A stretch of DNA of 64,000 nucleotides from Nannocystales bacterium (GCA_050633305.1 JBOEGF010000018.1:640001-704000), one strand, 5' to 3'. Shown: positions 31,674-42,747, numbered from the stretch's first letter. Notes: generated by a model not told the origin, from the sequence alone. Numbers and translations: made by a program.

Positions 31674-33251
31674 CTAGGGATGATTGAGGCGGCGGAAGAA
31701 GCTCTTCGAGCTCTTGTAGTGGTCCAGGAAAGCCCCGAAGAGGGCGTCGTAGCGATCGCGGTAGACCGGGCGGGGTTCGAACGTGCGGACGACATCGATC
31801 CGGTCGTGGATCTCGTCGGTCTCAAGCGCGCCCAAGGCGAGCGCCCCGATCATCGCGGCACCCAGGGCATTGACGGAGACGGGGTCTCGGACCTGCTCGA
31901 TCGGACGACCGAGGACGTCGGCATGGATCTGACACCACAGGTCCGACTTCCCACCGCCCCCCACCACGCGGAGGCTCGGGAGTGGATTCCCGACGAAGCG
32001 CTCGACCGCGCGCAGCAGCCAGCGCGAGTTGTAGGCGACGCCTTCGAGGACGGCTCGAACCAGGTGGGCGCGTGTTGTGGCGAGAGAGAGGTTGAGGAAC
32101 GAGCCACGAACGCGCTCGTCGGCGACGGGGCAGCGCTCACCGACCAGCCACGGCGTGAAGAGGACGTTGTCGCTTCCGGGGGGAGCACTGCGCGCGAGGG
32201 CATCGATGCGCGAGAAAACGTCCGCGGGAGGAATGTCTCGGCCGAGAGCGTCATCGCCGTACAGCACACCGTCGCGGAGCCAGTTGAGACTCCCCCCCGC
32301 GGTTTCCTGCGAGTTCCCGACGAAGTACTGACCGGGCAGCGCAGATGGAAGGCTGGCGATGTTGCGAAACAGGTCGGTCTTCTTGAACGGGACGTGCGCG
32401 CTGATCCACGATGATGTCCCCAAGTAGAGGTGTGCCCTCGCGGGGCCGACGGCGCCTGAACCCACCGCAGCCGATTGCACATCCGGAGTCCCGCAGACGA
32501 CGGGCGTGCCTTGGGGCAGACCTAGATCCTCCGCGGCAGAACCGCACAGGGGGTCGAGAATCTCCGTAGCCGCTCGCAACGGGGGGAGCTTTTCCCGGGG
32601 GAGTCCGGTGAGTGCCAGCAGCCCGTCGTCGTAGGTCACCGCATCCAGGTCTCGATTGTCAGTCACCCAGTGCATCGCGATGGAGTCGTAGGACGCGGCC
32701 GCGGTGCCCGTGAGCCGTAGGTTGAGATAGTCCTTCGGTTCGAGAAACCAGCGGGCGGCGTCGTAGCGAGCTCGGTCCGTCCGTTTCATCCAAAGGATAT
32801 GGCCGACCGGGTCCTTCCCGTTGAGGCTGGGAGCGCCACCGGTCTTGCGCACCCAGCTGGCGACCTTGCGCGGGGAGTATCCTTCGACGGAGACCCAGCC
32901 CTTGCACAGCGCTCGAACGTCCTGCGCACCGCGAGTATCCATCCATAGGATCGCGTTCCCAAGCGCGGAGCCGTTGGCGTCGACCGCCACCGTTCCGGCC
33001 CACTGCGCGGTGACGCTGATCGCTTTGACGGCGCTCGCTTCGAAGCTGGGATGGGCTCGAACTTCGGCGGTCGCCTCCGCGATGGCCTGCCACCACTGGT
33101 CGGGGTCCTGTTCCGCGCCGCCGCCGGGCTGAAGGATCAGCGTGGTGGGCCGAACGGCGGTCGTGAGCACGCGGCCACCCACGGTGACGAGCGCGACCTT
33201 GGGGCCCGAAGTGCCCAGATCGATCGCAAGTATCGTCGCGTCGGCACCCAA
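31674..33251 (-). CDS. FGGY-family carbohydrate kinase (xylulokinase-like)
   Basis: [47 protein letters not shown]. Start estimated. Confidence 0.88.
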   Translation of the reverse strand: MGADATILAIDLGTSGPKVALVTVGGRVLTTAVRPTTLILQPGGGAEQDPDQWWQAIAEATAEVRAHPSFEASAVKAISVTAQWAGTVAVDANGSALGNAILWMDTRGAQDVRALCKGWVSVEGYSPRKVASWVRKTGGAPSLNGKDPVGHILWMKRTDRARYDAARWFLEPKDYLNLRLTGTAAASYDSIAMHWVTDNRDLDAVTYDDGLLALTGLPREKLPPLRAATEILDPLCGSAAEDLGLPQGTPVVCGTPDVQSAAVGSGAVGPARAHLYLGTSSWISAHVPFKKTDLFRNIASLPSALPGQYFVGNSQETAGGSLNWLRDGVLYGDDALGRDIPPADVFSRIDALARSAPPGSDNVLFTPWLVGERCPVADERVRGSFLNLSLATTRAHLVRAVLEGVAYNSRWLLRAVERFVGNPLPSLRVVGGGGKSDLWCQIHADVLGRPIEQVRDPVSVNALGAAMIGALALGALETDEIHDRIDVVRTFEPRPVYRDRYDALFGAFLDHYKSSKSFFRRLNHP

Positions 33252-33282
33252 CGGGGCGCAGTCTACTACGCCAGGCCCGGGA

Positions 33283-34047
33283 CTATCCGGCGATGACGGT
33301 GACGTCTCCGGTTCCGACTTCGATCTCGAGTTCGAGCACGTTCTCCGACGAGGCGGCCAGCGAATTCGTGTACTCGTCCCCGTCTTGCTCGAGTCCGCGG
33401 ACCACGATGTCCCCGATACCGTGCTCGACCTCCACCTGAAGACCGATGCCCCGCGGCAGGTAGACGGTGACGTCACCGGTCCCCGATGCGATCGAAATCT
33501 CGTTGGTGCCGGTCCACGTCGAACGCTTGGCATCGACGCTGACGTCTCCGGTTCCGGCTTCGACCGTGATCGAGGCCTGCGCGACGCTTGCGTCCCCGAA
33601 GTCCACGTCGAGGTCGCCGATGCCCACGGTGGAACCCAGCCCCCGCACCTGGACCCCGGAGAGATCCATGCCGATGTCTCCGAGGGTTGAGGTCGCCCTG
33701 AGGTTCATGGGCAGCTCCGTCGACAGACAGATGTCGAGGTCCATGTCACCGCCGCGTCCTGCCTTGCCGAGCAGTTCGACCTCGACGATGCCCTGACCGT
33801 TCTCGTCGAGAGCGTATTGGGTGTCTGCGTGGGCGCGCTTCGCGTCGTACCTCGCCCGGGCCTGTGCAAGGCTGCAGCTGCCGCCGCGGACGGCCAGGTC
33901 GCCGTTGGTCAGGAGTTCGACGGAGGCGGAGCGCGCCCCATCTCGTGGAAATACGAACTGCGCGTCGACCGGGTCCGGCCCGATCGGTTCCGCGAGGTGC
34001 CCGCAGCCAACAGCGAGGGTGAGGAGTGGGAGGGCGAATCTCGTCAC
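33283..34047 (-). CDS. Lipoprotein with toast-rack/DUF4097-like beta repeats
   Basis: Lipobox LAVGC; repeated G(T/I)GD(V/L/I) strands. Confidence 0.7.
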   Translation of the reverse strand: MTRFALPLLTLAVGCGHLAEPIGPDPVDAQFVFPRDGARSASVELLTNGDLAVRGGSCSLAQARARYDAKRAHADTQYALDENGQGIVEVELLGKAGRGGDMDLDICLSTELPMNLRATSTLGDIGMDLSGVQVRGLGSTVGIGDLDVDFGDASVAQASITVEAGTGDVSVDAKRSTWTGTNEISIASGTGDVTVYLPRGIGLQVEVEHGIGDIVVRGLEQDGDEYTNSLAASSENVLELEIEVGTGDVTVIAG

Positions 34048-34148
34048 GGCGTCGTGCTCTATGCGTCTGGGGACGGGCTGGGTTGCCTCAGGGGCAAAAA
34101 AAAGATCGGGGATGCGCACGGATTCTCTCCCAGCAGGCCAAGGACCCG

Positions 34149-34487
34149 ATGATGCGCTATTCCAAGGTCATGCTTCGTCCCACCGTCCTCGCCGTGGTGT
34201 GTGTCTGGGTCGGTGGATGTGCGACGATTCAGCTGGACGCGCGACCCACCGCGATCGAGCTCGCCGTGGCCGAAGACGAAGACCTCGGGGCTCCGGGACC
34301 CACCGCGGAAGAGCGGCAGGCGGCGCGGGATGCTCAGGCTCAGGCGGCGTTGGACGATCCGAAGGCAACGCACATCGACTTCGACGGCGAAGAGGCCAAC
34401 GACGCGCCCGTCGAGATGGTGACGATCCCCCCGGACCGCACGCCCTCGCACTCGCTGATTCAAGACATCACAATGGGCCCCGGTTGA
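34149..34487 (+). CDS. Small hypothetical lipoprotein
   Basis: AAGGA RBS, signal with VGGC lipobox, acidic mature part. Confidence 0.55.
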   Translation: MMRYSKVMLRPTVLAVVCVWVGGCATIQLDARPTAIELAVAEDEDLGAPGPTAEERQAARDAQAQAALDDPKATHIDFDGEEANDAPVEMVTIPPDRTPSHSLIQDITMGPG

Positions 34488-34562
34488 GCCCTGTGCCCCG
34501 CTGAACGGCACAGCGGAGTTCGTGTTTGGTGGGGTCATGGAGGCTGATAGCCTCCCGTTTCC

Positions 34563-35384
34563 ATGAAGAATTTCCGAGGACGGGTTGCCGTGATCACCGG
34601 TGCCGCAAGCGGGATCGGTCGCGCGTTGTCGATCGCATTGGCCGAGCGAGGGTGCGAGCTCGCTTTGGTCGACGTCAAAGAGGACGACCTCCGAGACGTG
34701 CAGAACGAATGCAAGCACCACGGTCGGCGGGTTAGCGTTCATTGCGTAGATGTCGCCTCCCGCGCCGCGATGGGGGAGCTTCCCGCCGCCGTTGAATCCG
34801 CGCACGGGGCGGTTGATATCGTCGTCAACAACGCTGGCGTCACGGTCGCATCGAACCTCGAGGACCAGGACCTCGATGATTTCGAGTGGCTGATGGGTAT
34901 CAACGTTTGGGGCGTGGTCTACGGGTGCAAGTTCTTTCTCCCCCTGCTCAAACGGAGTGACGATGCCTACATCGTCAACATCTCGAGCATGTTCGGGCTG
35001 GTGGGGGTCCCCGGGCAATCGTCGTATTGCCTGAGCAAGTTTGCGGTCCGAGGGTTCTCCGAATCGATCGGGGCTGAGCTGGCGGAGACGAACGTTCGGG
35101 TGATGAGCGTGCACCCTGGCGGCATTGCGACGAACATTGTCCGCGATGCTCGGTGGGCCAAGGATGACCTCGAGGGTAGGAGTCGTGCGATGCGCTTCTT
35201 TGAGCAGCGTGCGATGCCGCCGGAGCGAGCTGCCCTGCGAATCATCGAGGGGATGGAGCGCGGAGCGACTCGTAAACTCATCGCGTCAGAGACGTTTCTG
35301 ACGGATGCCGTCAAGCGAGTCATACCTGTATTGCCGCCGCGGTGGCTTGCAAAGGCACGCAAGGTCTTCGACCGAAATCGGTGA
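34563..35384 (+). CDS. Short-chain dehydrogenase/reductase (SDR)
   Basis: TGAASGIG, NNAG, NISS, YCLSK (YxxxK). Confidence 0.92.
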   Translation: MKNFRGRVAVITGAASGIGRALSIALAERGCELALVDVKEDDLRDVQNECKHHGRRVSVHCVDVASRAAMGELPAAVESAHGAVDIVVNNAGVTVASNLEDQDLDDFEWLMGINVWGVVYGCKFFLPLLKRSDDAYIVNISSMFGLVGVPGQSSYCLSKFAVRGFSESIGAELAETNVRVMSVHPGGIATNIVRDARWAKDDLEGRSRAMRFFEQRAMPPERAALRIIEGMERGATRKLIASETFLTDAVKRVIPVLPPRWLAKARKVFDRNR

Positions 35385-35387
35385 GGG

Positions 35388-36188
35388 GTGTACCGTACGG
35401 ATTCGATGGAGTCCGTTCCTGACTGCACCCTGATCGGCGCTTCGCAGGATCTGGAGGGCGTGGCCTGTCCGATCGGTCGCGGTGAGGTGATGGTGGGTCG
35501 AAGCCTCGAAGCCGTCCTTCGCCTTCAGAGCGATGGGGTGTCGAGGTTCCACGCTCGCATTGAATGGGCGGAACACGGGGCGTTGTTGTTGTCCGATCTG
35601 GGTTCGTCGAACGGAACGTTCGTCAACGGGCGACGCGTGAACGAGCCCGAATCGCTCAAGGACGGCGATCGAATCCGCTTCGGCCCGTCGGCGGCGTTCG
35701 TCGTGCGCTACGGGAGCGACGCCGGCCCTGACACCATTGAGGTCCGGCACCCGACGCATTCGGAGACGACTGTCGATCTTCTCGCCACGCGCAACCAGGC
35801 GCGGATCCTGTTGTCTCGCATGGAGTACGGTTCTGCGCTGCCGTTGTTCATCGAGGTCCTCGATGCCCTCGACGCGGCAGCCCACGGAACCCTGGCGTCG
35901 AGCGAGGACATCGCTGAACTTCTCACCGAACTCGCTCGGTGCCATGTCGGTCTTCACGCGCCGACGGAGGCGGTGCCACTGTGCCGCCGCGCCGCGGCTC
36001 TGTTGCTGAGTTCGAGTGCCGGCAACGCATCCTTGGTCCGGGCGAACTTCGTTCTTGGGAAGGCGCTGTTCGCCGAGGCACCGACTGAGGCGAGGAAGAT
36101 CGTGACCGAGGCGGTCGAGTCTCTGGCTACAGGCGTTGCGCTTCGGCAAGAGATCGAGGCCTGGCTTGCGATCGCGGACCCCGCCTAG
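35388..36188 (+). CDS. FHA domain protein with C-terminal TPR-like helices
   Basis: VGRS, VSRFHA, DLGSSNGTFVNG, LKDGDRIRFG. Confidence 0.85.
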   Translation: MYRTDSMESVPDCTLIGASQDLEGVACPIGRGEVMVGRSLEAVLRLQSDGVSRFHARIEWAEHGALLLSDLGSSNGTFVNGRRVNEPESLKDGDRIRFGPSAAFVVRYGSDAGPDTIEVRHPTHSETTVDLLATRNQARILLSRMEYGSALPLFIEVLDALDAAAHGTLASSEDIAELLTELARCHVGLHAPTEAVPLCRRAAALLLSSSAGNASLVRANFVLGKALFAEAPTEARKIVTEAVESLATGVALRQEIEAWLAIADPA

Positions 36189-36424
36189 CCGCGCACGATC
36201 GTGGCGATCGCGGCATGCGCGGGGTTTACGTCACTGGGAGCGGGGGAATCGCGCAGCCGATCCATCCTCGCCAACACACCGTAACCATTGGCGGCGGGTA
36301 TCCGTGCCGCGCGCACATCGAAACACATGACCAGGCACGGAGAGCCGGAGATCACGAGCGTCTTTGCGGCCCTGGCTCTTCCGGCTGCTATGCTCAATGC
36401 ATCTTACTTTGACTTGGATTTGAG

Positions 36425-37516
36425 ATGATGAGGCACCTTGCCAACTTCCGTGACGCGTTCGGAGCCGCCCTTTGGGCGGGCCTTCTCGTCACAGCCGGAG
36501 CGTGTAGCAACACGACTTCGGTCGACGCGGCGTCTTTGGACGACGGCGCCGACACAGCAGGCGCCCCCGGTTCAACCGGGAATGCCGCCGACGACGATGG
36601 AATCACCGGCCCGGGTCTGGGCAGCACCGGACCGGGTGCCGACGAGACCGGCGAGAGCGGGAAGGGATACGGCAGCACTGGCGGTGAATCCGGGGAGGTC
36701 GAACCCGTCCCCGAGGCCGGTCCGTTTCCGACGTGTCCCGACGAGCTCCCTGTAGGCTGGATCTTCTGCGAGGACTTCGAGACCGTCGGCGACCCCTCTG
36801 AGGTGTTCTTCGACTACCTCGACGCGGAGGGAAACTTCGTGCCCAGTCGCGAAGGCGGGGCCTCAGGTGTCGGTTCGATGCGGGCCCACTACCGTGAGGG
36901 CATCGAAGGGGCAGGGTTCATGAGCGTCTCGTTCGGGAACAACCCGATCAACACCGCAGGCCGCCCCGGATACAGCGAGGGCGACAAGTTCGACGAGGTC
37001 TACTGGCGCTTCCGCGTGAAGATGCAGCCGGGCTGGCCCGATGCAGGCCCGTACAATCTCTCTCGCATCAGCGCATTCGCGCAGTCGGATTGGGGGGAGG
37101 CCATGGTGGCCTCGATCGCCTCCGACGATGCCGAGGTCAACCTGCGTGCATCCGCGGCGAGTTGCGTTCAAAACAACGAGGTCGAGTGCACCGGGATCGA
37201 TGGCGACGCTCTGGTGCCGCTGGGAACCCTCAATGGCAGCACCCCGGTCTTCTCAGCGTTGCGCGCGGGCAAATGGCAGTGCGTCGAGGCGCACGTCAAG
37301 CTCAACACCCCAGGTGAGGCTGACGGCATGTTCGAGTTCTGGGTTGATGGCGAACTCGAAGCCGACCGGGTCGGGATGGACTGGCGCGGAACGTGGGAGG
37401 CGTTTGGTCTCAACCTCCTGTCCATCGAGAACTTCTGGGTTGGAGGCGCACCGGCGGACCTCGACCGATGGTTCGACGACGTCGTCATCTCTACCGAGCC
37501 GATCGGCTGCCAGTAG
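36425..37516 (+). CDS. Lipoprotein with jelly-roll (polysaccharide lyase-like) domain
   Basis: Lipobox AGAC; IFCEDFE, EVYWRF, GKWQCVEAHVKLNTPG..DG..EFWVDG, WFDDVVIS. Confidence 0.65.
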   Translation: MMRHLANFRDAFGAALWAGLLVTAGACSNTTSVDAASLDDGADTAGAPGSTGNAADDDGITGPGLGSTGPGADETGESGKGYGSTGGESGEVEPVPEAGPFPTCPDELPVGWIFCEDFETVGDPSEVFFDYLDAEGNFVPSREGGASGVGSMRAHYREGIEGAGFMSVSFGNNPINTAGRPGYSEGDKFDEVYWRFRVKMQPGWPDAGPYNLSRISAFAQSDWGEAMVASIASDDAEVNLRASAASCVQNNEVECTGIDGDALVPLGTLNGSTPVFSALRAGKWQCVEAHVKLNTPGEADGMFEFWVDGELEADRVGMDWRGTWEAFGLNLLSIENFWVGGAPADLDRWFDDVVISTEPIGCQ

Positions 37517-37519
37517 CGA

Positions 37520-38629
37520 CTACTTCCCTTTGCAGCGGGGCTCGTTGTCTGCGCAACGAAACCGGACGTGGATGTGCTCGTCGTGTCCCCGGGAGTGGCG
37601 AACAAGGGGCGACGCTTTGGGTCGCCACTGCGGGAAGATGAGGTAGTTCTCGAGGGTCTCGCGGCTCTCCCCCATCGTGCGGGCTGCCTCGTAGACGCGG
37701 CGGTGCAGGTCAGCGTCGAGGAACACGACCGTCACCGCCTCCGTCGCCCCGAGCGCCTTGATCAATGCCCAGGTCGCATACCAATCGATCTCGTCGGCGT
37801 TGGGGTGCTTGGTGTCGGGCACATGCGCAAGCAGAGGCAGGCGGATGTCGACGTCGCGGCCGGACTGGTGAGACTTGTGGGGCGGAAGCTTCCGCCCGTT
37901 GCGTTTGCTGATCGAGCCAACAATGATCTCGTGTTCGAACCCGGTGTCGTATCGAAAGTTGGCGAACGCGATCTGCAGCTGTTCGATCGTGTACGAACTC
38001 CCCCAGAGCACCCGTTTCACGCCGCGGGTGTACAGAGGGCTTTCGGGGAGCTGGACAGCGTTGACGAGCCGCCCCCGGTTCGGTCGCCCGACGGACAATC
38101 CGCCTTCGGGGACGTCGAAGGACTCGGGAACCTCGTCGCCTAGCCCCGGTCGCACGGAAAGCGACAGCGCGGGGTCGACCCACGCCATCAGCGGACGCCC
38201 TGGCTTGAGGCGCCGCTGCTGCCAGTTCCACGCATGCAGGTCGGGGATCTCCACCCGCAGCTGGGCCGCGACGTCCCCCCAGGTTTCTTCTTCTGCGGGC
38301 ACGTAGGCCACCTTCATCCGAGGCGGAACGATGCGACGCGTCCGGACCTTCACACTCCGCTTTCCCCGAGGCGGGTAGGGCTGCTGCGGGTCGAGCTTGT
38401 TCCATTCGACAAGCTTCTCGCGTCGAACACCATAGCGAGCCGCGATCTGGCTGACACGTTCCCGATGGCGGATGCGGTGACGGATCCAGTGTGAGCGTTC
38501 GGCATGCTCGACCGGTCCGGCGAGTGCCGCGACCTCGTCCCACGTTCGAACGGTCGGTTGCTCCGCGAGGTCGCCGGATTCGCTGCCCACGGACAGCAAC
38601 ATCAGCAGCGACGACCCCACCAACGACAC
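37520..38629 (-). CDS. Penicillin-insensitive murein endopeptidase (MepA-like) with LysM domains
   Basis: AAGGGAGG RBS before GTG; LysM-like SQIAARYGV..LVEWNKL; SVGRPNRGRL, PHKSHQSGRDVD, HDEHIHVR. Confidence 0.85.
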   Translation of the reverse strand: MSLVGSSLLMLLSVGSESGDLAEQPTVRTWDEVAALAGPVEHAERSHWIRHRIRHRERVSQIAARYGVRREKLVEWNKLDPQQPYPPRGKRSVKVRTRRIVPPRMKVAYVPAEEETWGDVAAQLRVEIPDLHAWNWQQRRLKPGRPLMAWVDPALSLSVRPGLGDEVPESFDVPEGGLSVGRPNRGRLVNAVQLPESPLYTRGVKRVLWGSSYTIEQLQIAFANFRYDTGFEHEIIVGSISKRNGRKLPPHKSHQSGRDVDIRLPLLAHVPDTKHPNADEIDWYATWALIKALGATEAVTVVFLDADLHRRVYEAARTMGESRETLENYLIFPQWRPKASPLVRHSRGHDEHIHVRFRCADNEPRCKGK

Positions 38630-38670
38630 GCCTCCCTTTTTATCAGACCTCCGCGGTAGTCTCGGGGGCA

Positions 38671-40191
38671 GTGGCGTCTCGCATCTGGCTCCAGGCCTGT
38701 TTCGACTTCGCAACGACGCATGCGATCGAGGCCCGATACGTGGATGCGCTGCATGCTTTCGCCTATCCCAACCCCCGGGGGGGCCCGCCTCCGCCACCGG
38801 AACCTCGCTGGGCGGAGGACTTCGAGGCGTTGGAGCAGCTGCGGTGCGCACACCCGCTGGACGAACTACAGCTCCGCACATCCTTGGTCTCGGATCTGTC
38901 GGTCGAGGTCGACGCGGGGCAGGCGGCGATTTTTGCCCGGCGCATTGCCACCGTCGAACGCCAGCTGATCGGCCTGGACGATGCGACCGGGCGGCTGCTC
39001 CGTGTCGGACTCCGACAACGGCTCGAGGGGATTCTCGCTGCGCCACGCCCTCGCGCGCTTCGGGTACGGGCGCTCGCCGACTTCTACTACTCTTTTGCTG
39101 GACGCTGGCTTCACGAGCGAAGCAGCTCGTCACCCGCTCCTTCGCTCGCGGACGCAACCGCTTCGTTGGCGTGGGAGACGGTGTTTGAGGGTGGTGAACT
39201 CGCGGTGATCGACGGTGTGTTCTCCACGGGACCGGTACACGCGAATCTGCTGAGACTGCGTCCCGGTTCGGTGCGTGCTCGGGTGCTGGACCGCCGTGAT
39301 GCGGTCGCCCGCGGGACCCCCTTCGCCGAGCACGTGGATGCGCTGGGTGCTGCGGCTGCGATCTCCGGCGGTTTCTTCTTGTACAGCGAACCCGACATCG
39401 CACCGCCGTCGCAGCGCTTCGACCCCGTGGGACTGCTCGTGTCTGGGGGAGACGTCCTCTCGCCGCCGTTGTTCTGCCGCGGCGCGCTCGTCTTCGATGC
39501 GCAGGGGCGGTGGTCCATCGAACGCCGTGGTCCCGCCGGGGTTCGTGTCGTCCAGGGGAAGGCGTCCGTTGAGCTTGCGTCCGCGCTCACCCGCTGCGCC
39601 TGCGAGCAAGGCCCGGATGTTCCATCCGTCTCGGTCGCGGCGGGCCGGGTCGTCGCGACGGGGCGCCGGCTCGACGTGCCGCTCAATGGCTTCGTCGTGC
39701 CTTCGTCCGGGGCGTGGACCGTGGGTCAGGCCGTGTCGTTCTCGGCGCCGCGCATGGCCGAGGGGACCGAGGTGCACGAGGGGGTCGCAGGTGGTCCACT
39801 GTTGCTCGACGAAGGGGCGCCCTGTTTGGATCTGAGAGCGGAGGGGTTCTGGGGCACGGCTCCTCCTCTGACCTTCTCTCAGGACGAAACCGGCGATCGC
39901 AATACGCTTCCTCGGTTGGCGGCGGGCATCGACGGCGACGGCAATCTCATCCTTGTTGCCGTCGATGGTCGGAACTTCAAACGGGCGCTGGGGATGACCT
40001 TGGGCGAGGTCACTGATCTGCTCTCGAACCTCGGGTGCGTGGTGGCGACGAACCTCGACGGAGGGTCCTCGAAGCGAATGGTCGTCGGTGGAAAGACGCT
40101 CGATCTCGCGTCGACGGAGGTGGAGCAAGGAACCCCCGAAACGGCCAAGGTCCGGCCTGTTCACACCGCCGTCGTGTTCATGACTGCGTGA
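38671..40191 (+). CDS. Phosphodiester glycosidase (NAGPA-like) family protein
   Basis: AAISGGFF, GGPLLL, PRLAAG, VAVDGR, TNLDGGSS. Start estimated. Confidence 0.8.
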   Translation: MASRIWLQACFDFATTHAIEARYVDALHAFAYPNPRGGPPPPPEPRWAEDFEALEQLRCAHPLDELQLRTSLVSDLSVEVDAGQAAIFARRIATVERQLIGLDDATGRLLRVGLRQRLEGILAAPRPRALRVRALADFYYSFAGRWLHERSSSSPAPSLADATASLAWETVFEGGELAVIDGVFSTGPVHANLLRLRPGSVRARVLDRRDAVARGTPFAEHVDALGAAAAISGGFFLYSEPDIAPPSQRFDPVGLLVSGGDVLSPPLFCRGALVFDAQGRWSIERRGPAGVRVVQGKASVELASALTRCACEQGPDVPSVSVAAGRVVATGRRLDVPLNGFVVPSSGAWTVGQAVSFSAPRMAEGTEVHEGVAGGPLLLDEGAPCLDLRAEGFWGTAPPLTFSQDETGDRNTLPRLAAGIDGDGNLILVAVDGRNFKRALGMTLGEVTDLLSNLGCVVATNLDGGSSKRMVVGGKTLDLASTEVEQGTPETAKVRPVHTAVVFMTA

Positions 40192-40202
40192 TAGTGTCGG
40201 GC

Positions 40203-42695
40203 ATGCCTTACGCTTCGTTTCGCGTTCTTGCTGTGTCTGTGTTGCCGGCGGTTGTGTTGTTGGGTTGCGGTGATGACACGACCGCGACCCCGACGGAAGG
40301 GTCCACGGGCACCCCTGAGACGACCACAGACGATGGGACCACGACGGGCGGGGGGACCACGATGGGGTCCACGACGTCCGTCGATCCGGATGGGTCCGGA
40401 TCCGGCTCGACGAGCGCCGACGGGAGCACGACGTCGGGGGGCGAGAGCAGCAGCTCGAGTACCGGGACACCCAACCTCGACCCTGAGGCTGAGGACGACT
40501 TCTATCTGACCGACACCGCCGCAGCTCCACTCGCTGTGGATGCGGCGGCGGGCGTGCTCGGGAACGACGCCGACCCGGAGGGGGAGGACCTCGCGGTCTC
40601 GGACTTCGATGCGGTGAGCGAGGCCGGTGGAACCGTCGAGGTCCAGCCGGACGGTGCCTTCGTCTACACCCCGCCAGATCCATTTTGGGGAGAGGACGCG
40701 TTCACCTACACCACCGCGGACCCCCTGGGCGGCACCGCTCAGGCACGGGTCCGCGTTGCCGTGGCCCCGACCTCGGAGTCGCTCGCGGAGGTCGTCGCTG
40801 CCACGGCTGGAGTCCGGGTGAGCGGACCGAGCTCGGGCGATCGGTTCGGTGTCTCTGTCGCCGGTGGCGCCGATGTGAACGGCGACGGCTTTGCCGACAC
40901 GGTTTATGGAGCTGATGATGCGCTCGCCGACGGTCGCGGCGCGGCCTACGTCGTGTTCGGCGGTCCCGACGCAGCAGCGATCGACGGTGCCGATGTCGAG
41001 GCGGAGACTGGCGGCTTCGCCATCTTGGGACCCGCGGCGGCGTCATCGACCGGGTTTTCGGTCGCCATGCTCGGGGATGTCTCCGGGGATGGCCTCGGCG
41101 ACATCGCGGTCGCCGTGACGGATGGCGGGGGTCCCGGAGGGGTCTACGTCGTGTTCGGGTCCGCTGCACCGGGGACCGTCGATCTCGCCGCGCTCGGCGG
41201 CGATGGATTCGAGATCACCGGGGGAGACTCCTTTGGCCAATCCGTGGCGGCGGCCGGAGATGTCAACGACGACGGGTTGCAGGACATCGTGGTGGGCGAC
41301 CCTGACGCCGGCGGTGGCAGCGGGGCGGCCGTGGTTGTGTTTGGGAAGTCCGGCACGGAGACGGTCGACGGCGCAGCTCCGGGCGCGGAGGGGTTTAGGG
41401 TCGATGGAACGGTTGCCGGAGGCTCTCTTGGGTTTGCGGTTGCGGGCGCCGGTGACGTCAACGTTGACGGTTTCGACGATGTGGTGATCGGTGCGTCGGA
41501 GTCTGCGGTCGTCGGGCGGGTACTCGTCGTGTTCGGAAAACCGGATACCGCCGCTGTGTCGGAGGACGACCTCGCCGTTGCGGCGGATGGCGGCATCAGC
41601 ATCACCGGAGGCGCAGCGTTCGACCTCGTGGGCCGTTCGGTGGCGGGGGCGGGTGACGTCAACGGAGATGGGCGGCCTGACATCATCTTCGGAGCGCCGG
41701 GCATCGATGTCGGAGATGACAACGGTGCGGGTCGTGTCTTCGTCCTGTTCGGTGGCGTGGACATCGAGAGCACGACACTGGATGCCCTCGCGATGGGCGT
41801 CGGGGGCTTCGCGCTCGACGGCGCGAACCAGTTCGATTTTGCCGGCTGGTCGGTCGCGGGGGCCGGCGACGTCAACCGCGATGGGTTCGCAGACATCATC
41901 GTCGGCGCACAAGGAGCGGACACCCCGGTGAGCAACGCCGGCCGGGCCTATGTTCTATACGGTGCGTCCGATCTCGCGGGCGGAAGTCTTGCGGACTTTC
42001 CGGTCGGGGATGGTGGGTTTCATCTCGACGGGGAGGCGTTTGAGCACTTCGCGGGCGGTGCCGTTCACGGGTCTTCTGACCGCAACGGCGACGGGTTCGA
42101 CGACCTCGCGCTAGGCTTGCCCGAAGCCGAGTCCGACGCGGGGTTGGGCTATGTCTGCTTCGGCGGCAACTACGTCGGTGTCGACCGGCTTGGCTTCACG
42201 GCCGAGGCCGACATCGTGGTGGGCAGTGAGGCCGCTGAGACGCTGGTCGGCGGCCGGGGGGACGACGAACTGCAGTCCTTCGGGGGGGCCGATGTCCTGA
42301 GCGGCGGGGCAGGGGACGACGTCGTCAGCATCATCGACGGAGGCTTCTTCCGCATCGACGGTGGAAGTGGAACGGACACGCTTCGACTCGAGGGCAGCGG
42401 GTTCTCGCTCGATCTCGCGAACTTCTTCGACGCTGCGATCAACGGTATCGAGGTCATCGACCTGACCGGTGAGGGCGACAACGGGCTGTTCCTGGGCACC
42501 CATGAGCTGCTCGCACTCTCACCCACCAGCAACACGCTGAGGGTCCTGGGGGATGCCGGGGACCAACTCGTGGCTGACCTCGCCGGGGCGGGCTTCGTGG
42601 ACGAGGGGTCGGACGGAATGGTCACGACCTACTCGAACGGCGTTGCATCCATTGTTGTCGATGATGCGGTCGATGCGTTTGTATCCCTGGACTGA
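40203..42695 (+). CDS. FG-GAP/integrin-alpha repeat lipoprotein with Ig/cadherin-like domain and RTX-like Ca-binding tail
   Basis: Lipobox LLGC; GVLGNDADPEG..DGAFVYTP; seven GDVNGDG.DD-type repeats; GGRGDD/GGAGDD nonapeptides. Confidence 0.88.
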   Translation: MPYASFRVLAVSVLPAVVLLGCGDDTTATPTEGSTGTPETTTDDGTTTGGGTTMGSTTSVDPDGSGSGSTSADGSTTSGGESSSSSTGTPNLDPEAEDDFYLTDTAAAPLAVDAAAGVLGNDADPEGEDLAVSDFDAVSEAGGTVEVQPDGAFVYTPPDPFWGEDAFTYTTADPLGGTAQARVRVAVAPTSESLAEVVAATAGVRVSGPSSGDRFGVSVAGGADVNGDGFADTVYGADDALADGRGAAYVVFGGPDAAAIDGADVEAETGGFAILGPAAASSTGFSVAMLGDVSGDGLGDIAVAVTDGGGPGGVYVVFGSAAPGTVDLAALGGDGFEITGGDSFGQSVAAAGDVNDDGLQDIVVGDPDAGGGSGAAVVVFGKSGTETVDGAAPGAEGFRVDGTVAGGSLGFAVAGAGDVNVDGFDDVVIGASESAVVGRVLVVFGKPDTAAVSEDDLAVAADGGISITGGAAFDLVGRSVAGAGDVNGDGRPDIIFGAPGIDVGDDNGAGRVFVLFGGVDIESTTLDALAMGVGGFALDGANQFDFAGWSVAGAGDVNRDGFADIIVGAQGADTPVSNAGRAYVLYGASDLAGGSLADFPVGDGGFHLDGEAFEHFAGGAVHGSSDRNGDGFDDLALGLPEAESDAGLGYVCFGGNYVGVDRLGFTAEADIVVGSEAAETLVGGRGDDELQSFGGADVLSGGAGDDVVSIIDGGFFRIDGGSGTDTLRLEGSGFSLDLANFFDAAINGIEVIDLTGEGDNGLFLGTHELLALSPTSNTLRVLGDAGDQLVADLAGAGFVDEGSDGMVTTYSNGVASIVVDDAVDAFVSLD

Positions 42696-42747
42696 GTCGG
42701 TTTGACGCACCGCGACTGTGCTGCGTACCGTTTGAGAGAGCATCGCC

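Noticed and set aside
34096..34103. A8 tract in a divergent intergenic region as a phase-variation site
   Set aside because: Short tract, equally explained as an AT-rich promoter element; no evidence of length variation.
40203..42695. FG-GAP protein as a eukaryote-derived integrin
   Set aside because: FG-GAP repeat proteins with Ig and RTX-like parts are common in bacteria, including myxobacteria.
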